Under the pieces are notes generated by a model. The model saw only the letters and a program-made list of their open reading frames with translations, was not told the DNA's origin and searched no databases. Position numbers and translations under genes: made by a program. 64,000 bases of DNA from Pocillopora damicornis (Eukaryota). Location of the stretch: positions 62,001-126,000 of the forward strand of contig NW_020845867.1 of NCBI RefSeq assembly GCF_003704095.1. Direction: 5' to 3'. This document shows positions 49,608 through 61,436 of this stretch, one piece after another (positions within the stretch are counted from its first letter, which is position 1; each line of letters starts with the position of its first letter).

Positions 49608-52600
49608 ACGATTAATACTTTTAAGATTCGCAAATCAAAACGATGTCTTTTAAACCTTTTAACTGCAGGCAAAAGTTGGAAAATACAGGGTTAACCCAGC
49701 GTTTGAAAAGTGTTAAACTGTGTGTATCAGAATTAAAACCAAGCATGGCATAACAACATAAGCAATCCCTTACAGCTTTTTAAAATTTATTCAGTTAGGA
49801 ATTGTAAAGAGCACGAGGAAACGTGCCGGTCTTTTTCCGTCTGATTGCTTTTAGTTTTACAAAAAGAAGGGGTTTATCAGAGCCAATCATATATCAAAGT
49901 AATTATTCTGGTTGTGGATTAAAGGGATGATGGAGGGAGGGGGAAGTGAATTGTCTCGTAAATCCATGCAGCTATTTCTAGTCTTTATAAGAAAAGTGGG
50001 CCAGTATTTTGAAGGTTTTAGCATTGAAATAATGCTGACTGGCTTACATGCATGCTGCAATGTTTATCTGTACTTTCTGAAGTTTTCTTAGCTCGGCTTT
50101 TATCGATGTCTTCAAAGGTTTACTTTTCAACGAGGAAATTTGTTTGTCTCTTTCAAAGCCTATGTTTTTTCTACACGCATCATGTGTTAATCCACCTCAT
50201 AGACGGATTAACACCGGCTCAAGGAAATTTTCCAAACAGCTTAGTCGAGAAACGAGACTGTGGGTCTATTTTGAAAGTCTCTGAAACAGGATTTTTCGGC
50301 CTGTGAGATTTTGTGAAAAATTCTCGGAGACCGTTTCTAAGGGGGATATCTTTCGCCATCCTTAGATTAGAAGGTGAGAAACGTTCTTTTGCGAGAGATT
50401 TTTGGTTTCACTCCTGGCGAGGAAAACTGTTTGTTGTCACTTGTTTAAAACATTAACGAGGTATCTTGCCAAACAAAAATCTGTACGTGTGTTGACGTTA
50501 TTTCGCTATTCAGCAAAATTATAAGCCATTCTTTGCGGATGACTTGGTTCTTTTTGCGATAATACAATGACACTACCCAAAGTTTAACATTTATTTTATC
50601 AACTAGCAACAACACACTGAACTTATACACTCATTGAATACAAACATTAGCGAACGCTATGTGTTTTATGCTAGTGAAAAATGTATAGGAATTCTTTAAA
50701 ATAAATATGCGTTCACCTGCATTGCGAGTTATCTCAAAATAAATCATACATTAGCTGTACACTCGTCATTTCTTGAATTGCTTTGACATTGAGTTCGTCC
50801 ATAGGTGAACGAGACAAGTCAATAGTTTTCCGCACTTGACTGTGGGCTAAATCATAAAATTCAGCACAAAAATAAGTTGGCTGAATTAGCCCTCCGGCAT
50901 CGCCTTTCAAAATGTTTTTTGCCTATATCTGCCAATTTTGCTGAAAAGTTAGTCCTCCGTGCCTACCCAGAAGAATGAGAATTGATGTAAACTTTTAATA
51001 GCGAGCTGATCGAAGATTTTCAATCTTACCCGAAGGCAATGCGCTCTAATCTTTTCAAATTTGTTTACCATCCACGTCAGTGTCCTTTCTATTCTTTTTC
51101 TGCTTTCTGTCAATAATTGTAACCGTCATCAACAGAATTGCTGTGTTCCTTTCGTTTTACCCATTTCAACGCCACTACAAATTGTGAAAACAATCAGTTT
51201 ACCACCCAGAGGCGACTTTTTCAAGGGTTGGTTCTGAACATCTAAACAACAAGTCTTCGCTAAAATAACCCATAAATCATGGCAGAGTGAAGCACGGAAA
51301 ATCACCGAAAATATCAAACTTAATTGAAGACGAACTCTAAATGTAAATTTAGCTCTCCTAGCCGGCAGTTTTGAATAACGAAGCCGCAAGAGAAACGTGC
51401 TAAGGAAAGGGAAGTTGCTTGTTTTGCCGCACGAAGTTTCACCGCCTTTTTTTTGTTTCGACAATTTCCTCCGAGTTCTCTCGGCAGCAACTGCTGGTTA
51501 AATAGAACTATGTTCGGGAAAGGTTTAGGAAAAACTCACGGACTTGGTAAAAAAGCCCGAGGGAATTCTAGAAGCGACGGTGCATTTTCACTCTTCTCCA
51601 AATTTATGGTCTTTAGAAGGGACATTTCTGTGCTCAGAACATGCTTTTTGGCATTTCCGCTACGATTGAGACACATCTATCTTCGGCGTTTTCGGTTAAA
51701 ATATTGCTACGGTAGTTTTCAGGAATCCTGACTAATGAGAACAACACTCATTTTAGAAATTAAAATGTGTTTTGCAGCGGCAGGAGATGAGAACAAACAC
51801 AGCAGGCCCCTGCTTTTTCGATTATAGTAGTCCGTTGTTACAAGTACACCTGCAGTCTTTACGTTAAAGGTTTTTCTTTTCGGGGAGCATCTATTTTGAC
51901 AGCTTGTGCGTCGAACATCAAAATAAAATGATATAAAAAAATCTAATGATAACTTAGAACGGATTTGCATGCAAAGAAATAAAATCAAATAATTTGATTT
52001 CTGCGAATTTTACAGTGCATCACGCTTGTAAGAAAATTAAACTGATTTTTTGCGTAGAAAAAAACTTAAAATTTTAATTGTTGTGATCCGAGAAAGGGCA
52101 ACAGTGTTAAAAATTTTACGATTGAATATTAAACCATTGCAATCAAAATTTGAACATATAATCATTTAGATCAAGTCAAATAAAAGGCGATAATTTTTAC
52201 AAATTTGACAAGTTTAGAACAACAGAACGAGGCGTCAAGTAGTACTTAATCAAAATCTGCGTTTCGTGTGAGACCTGTCTGAAAAGCGAAGAAAGTAATT
52301 TTTCGGAAGGAGATATTCTGTCATTATTTATACGAATGCGTCTATTGGTTGCTAAGAATTCACGTGACCGCCGTAGAACGCGACAGAAATTATCCTTTTG
52401 TGATTAGCCGTACAAAGGAGGCAATTAGCACTAAAAATGCCAAGTGCAGGGAACATGGATCTATGGAATCTATTCACGGTTATGAATATGCAGAGAAATT
52501 GATGTCAAATCGACCAAGAAGTGTTTACCGGCACATCACTTGCGATTTCTCATTCCTCGGCCAACCTAAACAGGATGTAGCAAGCATCGGGGTTTTGCGC

Positions 52601-52687
52601 AGGAAGAAAAAAATCGCATATTATCCGAGCGTGCTTTTTTTTTTGGCATTTTCAAGTCTCACGCCGGCGGGAATCCTCAGCTTTATA

Positions 52688-53911
52688 ATGGAGCCAAACA
52701 ATGGTGTTAAGGTGAATGTTGGTCGCGTCGTAATCAATGTAAGCGGAGCGATCTTCGAAGTAAGCGAAAGCAAGTTGCTGCATTTCCCTCAGTCGCTACT
52801 GGGCTGCCCTCAGAAACGGAGCAAATATTTTGACTCTCAGCGCGAGGAGTATTTCTTCGATCGTCACCGACAAGCATTCGAGGGTATACTGTTTTACTAT
52901 CAAAACGAAGGGAGATTAGTTTATCCGGACAATGTGCCATCAGAAGTTTTTGATGAAGAAGTTAAGTTTTTCATGCTCCCCGTTGAGCCAAACAGCTGTG
53001 AGAAGTTGGAAAGGGTTATACTCGGCGATTACAACCGCTCGCGTCCTCTGAATATTTGGCAGAGGACACTCTGGGAATTGTTTGAGTTTCCCAATTCATC
53101 GCTGGCTGCAAAAATTCTGGCAGTTCTCTCGCAGGTGTTTATTATCGTATCTTTAGTAGGTTCTTGTCTGAAAACTGTCGAATCGCTTCAACCAGAGCGT
53201 ACCAAGGTGATAGAAAACTTTCAGAACCATAACAAGTCTGTTTACCGAGATTTAACGCCGTCTGAGTTACATGACGATGACTGGTTTTCATTCGATCTTG
53301 TTTGCTACAGTTGGTTCACCTTGGAGTGTGCTGTGCGGTTACTCGCGTCCCCAAACAAAAGCGAATATTTCAAATTGCTTCCGAATTGCGCAGATTTTGC
53401 TACGATCTTGGTTTTTTATTTGGAACTCATTGTGAAAATGGCTTGGCCCTCGGCCACCGTGGTGGTCCGTTTACTGGAAACTTTTGCGGTCATTCGAATA
53501 TTAAAGTTAGTACGATACTGCGAGGGAATGAAAATCCTGGTTATTACTGTCGTATCAGGCATCAAAGACCTAGGCCTTTTGGTAACGTTCGCCACAACCT
53601 TTGTTATTTTGGGCTCGAGTGCGGTATTTTTTGTAGAACTGAACGAGCAGGATGATAGTGACTTTAAGAGTATTCCCGATGCATTTTGGTGGGCGATAAT
53701 AACAATTTGTACAGTTGGTTATGGCGATAAAGTTCCTGTCACAACACCGGGAAAGTTTATGGGGGCTATCTGCGCTGTACTTGGTACTGTAACAGTTGCT
53801 CTGCCTCTGTTCCGCTTCGCTGCGCATTTTCGCACGAGTATCGAACACTCCTCTTACATTCTACCGCGTCGCGATAGAAAAGTTTCTTCTTCGAGACGAA
53901 AAAGTCGATGA
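52688..53911 (+). CDS. Intronless Shaker/Kv1-family potassium channel subunit, probably a regulatory (silent) subunit, ~407 aa; in-frame upstream ATGs at 52463 and 52502 make the start uncertain
   Basis: T1 domain (VVINVSG...EYFFDRHRQAFEGILFYYQNEGRL), LWELFEFPNSSLAA, six TM segments, pore FKSIPDAFWWAIITICTVGYGDKVP. S6 has PLF instead of PVP. Confidence 0.9.
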   Translation: MEPNNGVKVNVGRVVINVSGAIFEVSESKLLHFPQSLLGCPQKRSKYFDSQREEYFFDRHRQAFEGILFYYQNEGRLVYPDNVPSEVFDEEVKFFMLPVEPNSCEKLERVILGDYNRSRPLNIWQRTLWELFEFPNSSLAAKILAVLSQVFIIVSLVGSCLKTVESLQPERTKVIENFQNHNKSVYRDLTPSELHDDDWFSFDLVCYSWFTLECAVRLLASPNKSEYFKLLPNCADFATILVFYLELIVKMAWPSATVVVRLLETFAVIRILKLVRYCEGMKILVITVVSGIKDLGLLVTFATTFVILGSSAVFFVELNEQDDSDFKSIPDAFWWAIITICTVGYGDKVPVTTPGKFMGAICAVLGTVTVALPLFRFAAHFRTSIEHSSYILPRRDRKVSSSRRKSR

Positions 53912-56659
53912 AATAGCTTTGATAATTCGTTTTAGAGATGATTTACGCTCTATATTTCATGTAATTTCTAACTTAGCGACAATGAAAATTTAGATTAAAA
54001 GGAGAAAAATAGATTCTACACACGAACAGGACACCGAGGCGATATGATTTTATGCAAAAAGATCATTATGTCAAGAATAAGAAAATATTAATTTGAAAAG
54101 AGATTTTGTATGGTGAATAAAGTGACAGGTCACATTGTAATATGCATTTAAGAACCGCAATCGAGTTGGCCATTTTCCGGAAATGACATGTTCTGTAAAT
54201 TACGCTTTCATTTCAAAGATGATTATCATATTTTTAATATCATGCAAGCGTCCTTGTGACATACAGTTTATCAAAGCCGATGATTAATGTTGAAATTTCC
54301 AGTGAGGATTTTTCATAGGTTCTTGGCTTTGATTAGGAAAAAAAACCGCACAATATTAAGGGACATGTATGGCATTACTGTAGACACTACATGTCACCGC
54401 TAAAAGCGATTGTATACTAAATTTGAGTTTTGTTTTCGAGACAAAGCTTCTGTCCTGTGTTTCCCAAAACAAAGACAAAACATGGAGAAGCCAAGCTGAC
54501 ATAAGTGTTTGTTTTGAAATGAAATTCACATCGCTGCGAGAAAACCTGTTTTCTGAACCAATTGTGGTGTTTATTTTAATGAGCTACAATTTCTTCTTTC
54601 CTCTATGACTTTAGGGCATTTCTTGTATCTTCAAACCCGATCAGTAATATTTTTTTTCTTATTCAAGATTGGACGCGTGTACGGTTGCCTTTGTCGTGGC
54701 AGTAACTAAGTTGTGTGAAAGACGTTTATGAAAAGTTTTCATTTGAAATATCACAAGAGTAAACCTAATAATGGTGATGTTGACAGCGAAATTAAAGCGA
54801 AAAGCTCATTTAATCAAGCAACACCCTGAAGGGACAAGACTAGACATTTCTGGTTTTCATTATATTTCTAAACCTGATGTTCGTTTTCACCGGTACGATT
54901 TCCATAACAAAGAGCCTCTTTTGAGCGTTTTAGACTGAGGGAATTCTCGTGCGAATAGGTTAAAGAATACTCCGATTGGTTAAAAACCGCAGGATTTTAG
55001 AACCCAGTTATATTCAATTGACTATGATAGTAATACATATTATTCGTAACGTTGCAAACCTTCATTTATTTTATTTTAATTAAACTCTGTTTTGATGTTA
55101 TGGTGGAGAGACGGTGAAATAGCATCGTGCGCAACGGGGTAGCTGTAACTTTATCGTCAAGTAATTTTGATGAGTAAAGCTTGAAATTCAAGTTAATCAC
55201 TTGTAGACCAGAGATACAAGGCAAAAATATATTATTAAATAAATTGACAGTAATAGATGGATGTTGTGGGCGGGCACAGCTGCTCTTGAAAATGAACCTC
55301 CTCATTTTTCAGCGCAAAATTTTGTCAGACATTGTAGTTGGGTTACCTGCCATACGTGTAAAGAATTTTGATGTGAAACTGCACAATAATATAGCTATAT
55401 CTGCTAAGCGAACAAAGGATATTTGTTCGGTATCATAACCACAACTTTTTTTTGTTTATTAAAAATCTTCTATGTGACTTCCGCTCAACGCAAATTATTC
55501 AGTGGAGGTTAGTTGTTTAGTTCGTGCATCTGTTTTCATTTTTAAACCAAGGTGCTGCACCTGCCCATAGTATTATTTAGGAAAGAGAAAAGTAGAAGAA
55601 TCTCGTGCGTGTGGAAATATATAAAGCAAACAATTATAATAATAACTATAATTCATTGCTCCTGTGGTTTTCTTTTGATAATGGCCATTAGCTGGACAAA
55701 GAATGGGGAAGTTATGAGAGGACAACTTGCGCAAACTCCTAAAAGTTTGGCACAACGAGAAGAGTTTTTTTTCTCGCGCATGCTAAGTGATATAAAACCC
55801 TCAGGGGAAATTTTCGTATCTTGTCTCTCGGCTATACGGAGTAGACAAAACTTATGTCTGCCAAAGACACCGCTTAATAAAAATATTAAGAGTATGTAAT
55901 CTTTTCTCCGCATGATAGAAGATTTAATTTACAGAAAGAATTTGCGCGGAATAAATTGGTGTTATTCAATAGAATAATAACAATACTGTTTTAAAAAATT
56001 AACTCTCCCTTCGGTTAAAAGATAATGGAAGAATCACATTACCAATAACTGGTACATTTTATTATATTGACAAAATGTTGTCATAAAACCATAACATTGC
56101 GATCAAAATCTGCAGGAACCTGTGTCGACACTGAAAATAAAAAATAATAGCGGTGAATCATCTTCTTTAATTCTTATAATGAAATGACACACACGAGACA
56201 GTCTTAATCACGAGTTATAATTTAATTTTAGAGTCACGTCAAAATTTCAAACGATCCGAACAACATTAAGTTTTTTTTTTAATTTACGTACCAATGTTTA
56301 ATTAGCAAAGCACAGATTATTACCAGAAGCCCATTACTGGCTCTTGTTATTACTTATTCCCTGAGGGGTAGAGGGTCGGGAGATTTTAGCTGTGTCATGG
56401 AAAAATTAAGCTGGTCCTCCAATAAGGCTTTGTAATATTCCAATGATTCTCCCCTCACTGGCAGTTAATTAATTGGCGGTCAATGTTATATCGTTCCCTG
56501 TTTATACATTGTTAGCGAGACTGATTCCCCGCTTCGTTCCACTTGGAATCCATGTAATTCCCCCAAAATTCCTCTGACCCTTCCCCGCAATAGATGATAC
56601 GTAAAAATTGACTGGTCCCTAATCAACCACGATGATGATATGTATACAAAATATTGGAA

Positions 56660-59600
56660 TCATTTTGTTACCATTGACTCTCCCTTGCCAGGCTCCAAGA
56701 TCGCTGGCATCGAAGGAAAACAGCCCGCGCTCGAGTCAGTTTTTTGGGTAACAGATTGACACTCCGAATCCAGACAATTAGCATGTAGTCGTTCATTTTT
56801 GTGTCCTGCCTCTTGCTGACATGTACAACGTTTGTCCGGAGCGATGAAATCTAACTCACTGTTCACTTTTAATTCTGTGAATGGGTTCTTTCCCGTAGAG
56901 TTCATTCGGTTGGCAGCACGTTCCAACTTGGGCGAGTCCTCCACTATTTCGCTATTCTCTGGAGTGGCTAAGAGTATTTTTACGTCATCTTTTTTTTGTT
57001 CCTTCAGGAATGGCACTTTGAACTTGCTTTTTTGTTTCGGATTCTTAGCAGATTCTTCTTTACTTTGCTCGGAACAGGTTGGATTGTCCTCATCGCTCTT
57101 AGCGTTCTCGAGCGCAGAGAACGAGGTTTCCATTGAGTCGCTGCCTTGCCAGCTTGATGAATCCCCGCTGGTCCTCTTTAATATTCCTTTTTTAGGAAAA
57201 GGAGGCCTGATACCTTTTTCTTTAGTGCTGTTAAGTGTGAATGCAACAGGATTTGGTGATAGATCTTTAATTTGCGATCCTCTCTTTTGATCCGAGACGT
57301 TATCGTTCTCTTTGAACGCTAGCAATGGAATGTCTTTACCTGTTGGGGAGGAGGGTTTCGATTCCATTGTGCGGGAATGGGGTCGGCTAAAAAACCTTCT
57401 TTGACTTTTTCTCGTTTGATCGTTTGCACAATTTTCTCCATATGAGGCGTCCTTGAAGCAATTTTCACGCGCATTGTCGACATAGTTGCTTCTATGTGCC
57501 AAGAGACTTTCGTGCGACATAGTGCTTCGCTTGTGGATTTTGCTTCCTCTGTCCTTTGCCAAAAATTCTTTGATTATTTTTCTGGCATCTTCATCTGGTC
57601 TTTCTTGTCTCCCTCGTTCTGCGATGGCAGCCACAATCTCTCGAGGATTCGTAGAGTTACCATTTTCTCTTCGGAATCTGCTGGCTAGAGCTTTAACTTC
57701 GTTTTTGGCCTCAATGAGTGACAGGCGACGCTTAAGAGTTTCCTTGTCGGCCACAAGCCATTTACGAGGGTCATGCCCCTGAAGGCGGGAGTCTTCAGCT
57801 GCAGGGAAATAAAAAGAAAGACAAAGGCAATTTTGTCATCTGAATCGGAATCTAGAAAGTAATGAAACGCTCGGCTGCAACACACTGCAGGCGTCATTCA
57901 CTTTCCAGTCTTTTCTGGTGATTGAACTTGTTTCCGCGCCAGAAAACCGTGGACTACAGCTTTCATGTTCAACAGTCCGGAATTTCTCATCATATGATCT
58001 GACTAGTCACCAATTGGAAAGCTTACTACAAGCTAAGGCAAACCAGGAAAACCTTAACACAGAAAACATTCGATGCGCTCAACATCTTTCAGAAAGTCAA
58101 ATCAGCAAAAAACATGTATTTCAGTTACATTTGTGTAGTCAGTCTGCTTAGTAAGACATTTAACTTCATTTTTTTCAAAGCCAAATCATGACGACGTAGC
58201 TCTGAGAACGAGTAAATGCTGGATGAACCTGCAAGCATCGGTTTACATTCCTCGTTTTGATCATATCAAATGATTATATAACTCCGAAACTTTGCGTAAA
58301 AATATCGGATTTACGTCAATTACTTGGCCACAGGTTGCAGAGCGCTCTAACATGGCGAGGATGTTGTGTATTTAAACGTTTGACACGGTCATAAGAGAAT
58401 CAGTTTTCCTTCAACAAAAAGGCAAAATGAGGTTGGTTTGAAACAATGCCTAGAGGCTCTAGAGATTTTTCTCTCAACTTACTTAACTGATCCTTGTCCA
58501 AGTCGTCATTTTCTACTTTTTGATTCATTCTCTCTCTCCGCTGTTTCTCGTACGTCTGCCGAGCGATTTTCGCCAGTTGTTCTTTCTCCTCTGGGTAGAA
58601 CGCGAGGACCTCCTCTAGATCAGCCTTCGATAGTCGGAAAAGATCAGAGAATCCTACCGAACGAACGGAAGCAGTCCGACGATTTCCAATCCCTTTTATG
58701 TCAAGAATACTTATTTCTCCAAAATGTCGACCGGCGGAAAGTTTCGCTAGTGGTGCTCCCCTCTTGTCAACAACTGCTAACTCGCCTTGATTGACAATGT
58801 ACATTTCACGCCCTATTTCATCTTGACGACAAACATAATCTCCTAGAATTGATTAAAAAAACAAAATCATAAACAGAAACGAAAGACAACACATATCAAC
58901 CGAAGGCTAGAATCCAAATTCGAAAACGCATCTTTTTGGTTTAAATGTGAAGTGCACGGTCTTCAATTTTGCGCAGAACACCTTTCACTTTTTAAACCAA
59001 TCATAGAGCAGACTTAATCTAATCGTGCGGATTCTTTCGCGTGCACGCGAAATTTTCCCGCCCTTGAACCCAATCACATATCCATAATCTGAATTCCTAA
59101 TAGTTAAAAATGTCTTATTTCTACTTTGCATGATACGGGGGAGCGTTACCTGGGGAACATAACATGGGCTTCAACTTTAAAACGAGCTCGCGCAAAAAGC
59201 CTGGATCGCAGTGTTCAAACATCTTCACTTTCTTCAGTGTGTCCAAGTTGACGTGAATGGCAATTTCTGCGCGAATATTGTCGTTTAGTTGTTGAAAGAG
59301 CTCCTCCTCACTCATATCTTTCTTGTTTCTCCACGCAAAATCAAACCACTGAATGACTCGCCGCTGAAGATCCATCGGTAGTTGATTAGCCGCGATATAC
59401 TCCTTCATTCCATCCAACTTAAGATAAAAAGGTATAATCGCATTTAATAAGAAATAATTTGCAGTGAATAAAGGGATAAAAGGTCTGCTAAATTTCTCTC
59501 AGTATGTACCAGAGAGATGAAATGCTAACGTTGTATTTTAGTAATGAGGGTCAAGACTCAGTGAGACGCCTGCTTTTGTTGGTCATTAAATCTAAGTTGA

Positions 59601-61436
59601 GGAATAGACAGGGATGTCATCTTTAGTTATATCTCTAGATTAATTAAGGAAATCCACAAGAGTAACACACGAAATGACATAAAAAAACGGACAATCAAAC
59701 AGGGGGAGACGGACAAAAAGGCGGAGAAAGAAAGAAAAATAAACAGATCATGAAAGACAGAGAGATAGAGAAGTTAGGCACTCACAAAGAACATAGTCTA
59801 AGAGAGAAAGAGAGAAAAACAAGAACAGACAATAAGGAAGGTAGGCTAGCCGCTCGTAGAAAGGACACGCGTAGAAATAGGACAGTCAGAGATCAGATGG
59901 ATGCACTGACTGACAGATTAAAAAACGGGACACATGTTTGAAACATATGCAAAAACGAAAGACAGAGAAACAGACAGTAAGACATACATGGACACAGTCA
60001 AGGAAACAGATAGACAGAAACAGACAGATAGATAAAGGGTACAGGTTTTTACCCTTTACAGTGGCCAATTTACGTTTTCAATTCAGTTGTTAACACTAAA
60101 TTACCAGATAAAGGGTAAGACGGACAGTCGGAGACAGACAGACAGACAGACAGACTGAGAGACAATAGAACCATAAACAACAACAGACCTTCCTATGGTA
60201 TTTCTCTCGATGTCTCCTGAGATCAACAATCATATCTGCCGCGTTACCTACAATGGTAGCAAATATCAGAACTCCACATAGGTACGTGAAGATACAGAAC
60301 ATTAGGCTCATGGTGGTCTGGGGCGAGACCTGTTTACCTGTGCCCACTGTTGTCATGGATACCAGTGAACGAAACAGGCTGTAGAGATATTGAGGACCGA
60401 CCTGAAAATGGGAATAGAGAACACTCAGTCTCGTCTTGTGACAAATTTAAAGTCGCCATGATAGATTGAGCATAGGAATTAAGCACATGTCTTTACTCAC
60501 CTCTTCCCACTGACCCTCGAGCTTGGGATGAAGCCATTTGTCAGCTCCAAATCCCTCCATATATGAAAGAAGAAAGTAGAAACAAGCCACCCAATGAATA
60601 ATCAGAAACAGATAATGAATCTGCTTCAGCAGGTTAAACAGCTTGGGGCGACCGCTGTAGATCTCAACGCGATCGCAAAAGAGAAAAAGTCTGTGCGCCT
60701 TAAGTAGCCGACCAAATCGCAGAGCAGGCCTGGGACCTAACACCAGAAAGAGGAGGTCGACTGGTAGGATGGAAACGCAATCCAGAAAAAAACCCCGAGA
60801 TTTCATGTAACGTTTGGCCAGTTGTTTGGTATCTGTGACTATCTTGCCGTCGAGAAAGTACCCTGTGCGAAATTGCACTATGATGTCGAGGAGAAATACG
60901 AAGTCACAGCTATAATCGATCGCCATGAATGGTATTACGAACTTCTGCTCTCGTACGAAAAAAGCCACGCGGAAAATAATCATCCAGTAGTTGTACAAGA
61001 TTCCGAGAACGACCACGATCAGCCAGAAGAAGTACAAGTCCCCTGAAGGGTCAAACACCAGCGTACAATTGCAGCTTGCCTTGTCAAGCCGCGCATCTGA
61101 TGCGTCGCGAGAACTCCCCGTCCCCTCCGAAGTGGGGCTCTGAACTTGGGGTGAATTTGAGGCTGATCTGCGCATGAGTGGTCGGCGCCAGTCCCTGTCT
61201 TCTTGATATGTGCCGGTGTAGCGCTCGAGCCAAGAATCACGTGATCTTCTGCCAGTTTTCTTGTAGAAACGTTGCATTGATAAAACTCTAAGCACGGAGC
61301 TCGCAAATCGCGTCTGTCCTGTGGATTCAATGACCACCCTGGGGATTTGTGGGCCGGTGGCCTCTCCTTGACCAGATCCATGATTCACCTCGGTCTGGGA
61401 ACTATCGTCTGGAGTTAGATTCGTCGGCCGTTGCAT
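56660..61436 (-). CDS. Cyclic nucleotide-gated channel subunit (CNGA-like CNBD, atypical pore), 971 aa; exons 61436-60501, 60401-60189, 59417-59150, 58842-58483, 57798-56660
   Basis: [33 protein letters not shown]-linker [37 protein letters not shown]...FGEISIL...[24 protein letters not shown]. Exons total 2916 nt in frame. Confidence 0.9.
59680..60180. repeat. Degenerate (GACA)n / purine-rich simple repeat in CNG intron 2
   Basis: GACAGACAGACAGACAGAC at 60132-60153 and scattered GACAGA/GATAGA units. Confidence 0.7.

Noticed and set aside
52349-52687. 113-aa N-terminal extension of the Kv ORF
   Set aside because: Starts at TTG, shows no recognisable homology and contains T/A runs. ATG 52688 just before T1 is more plausible, though upstream ATGs cannot be excluded.
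56832-58794. Long + strand ORFs over the CNG gene (similar cases over RBMX2, TFDP1, Kv and DUF885 exons)
   Set aside because: Antisense or alternate-frame shadows of real coding exons with no independent motifs.
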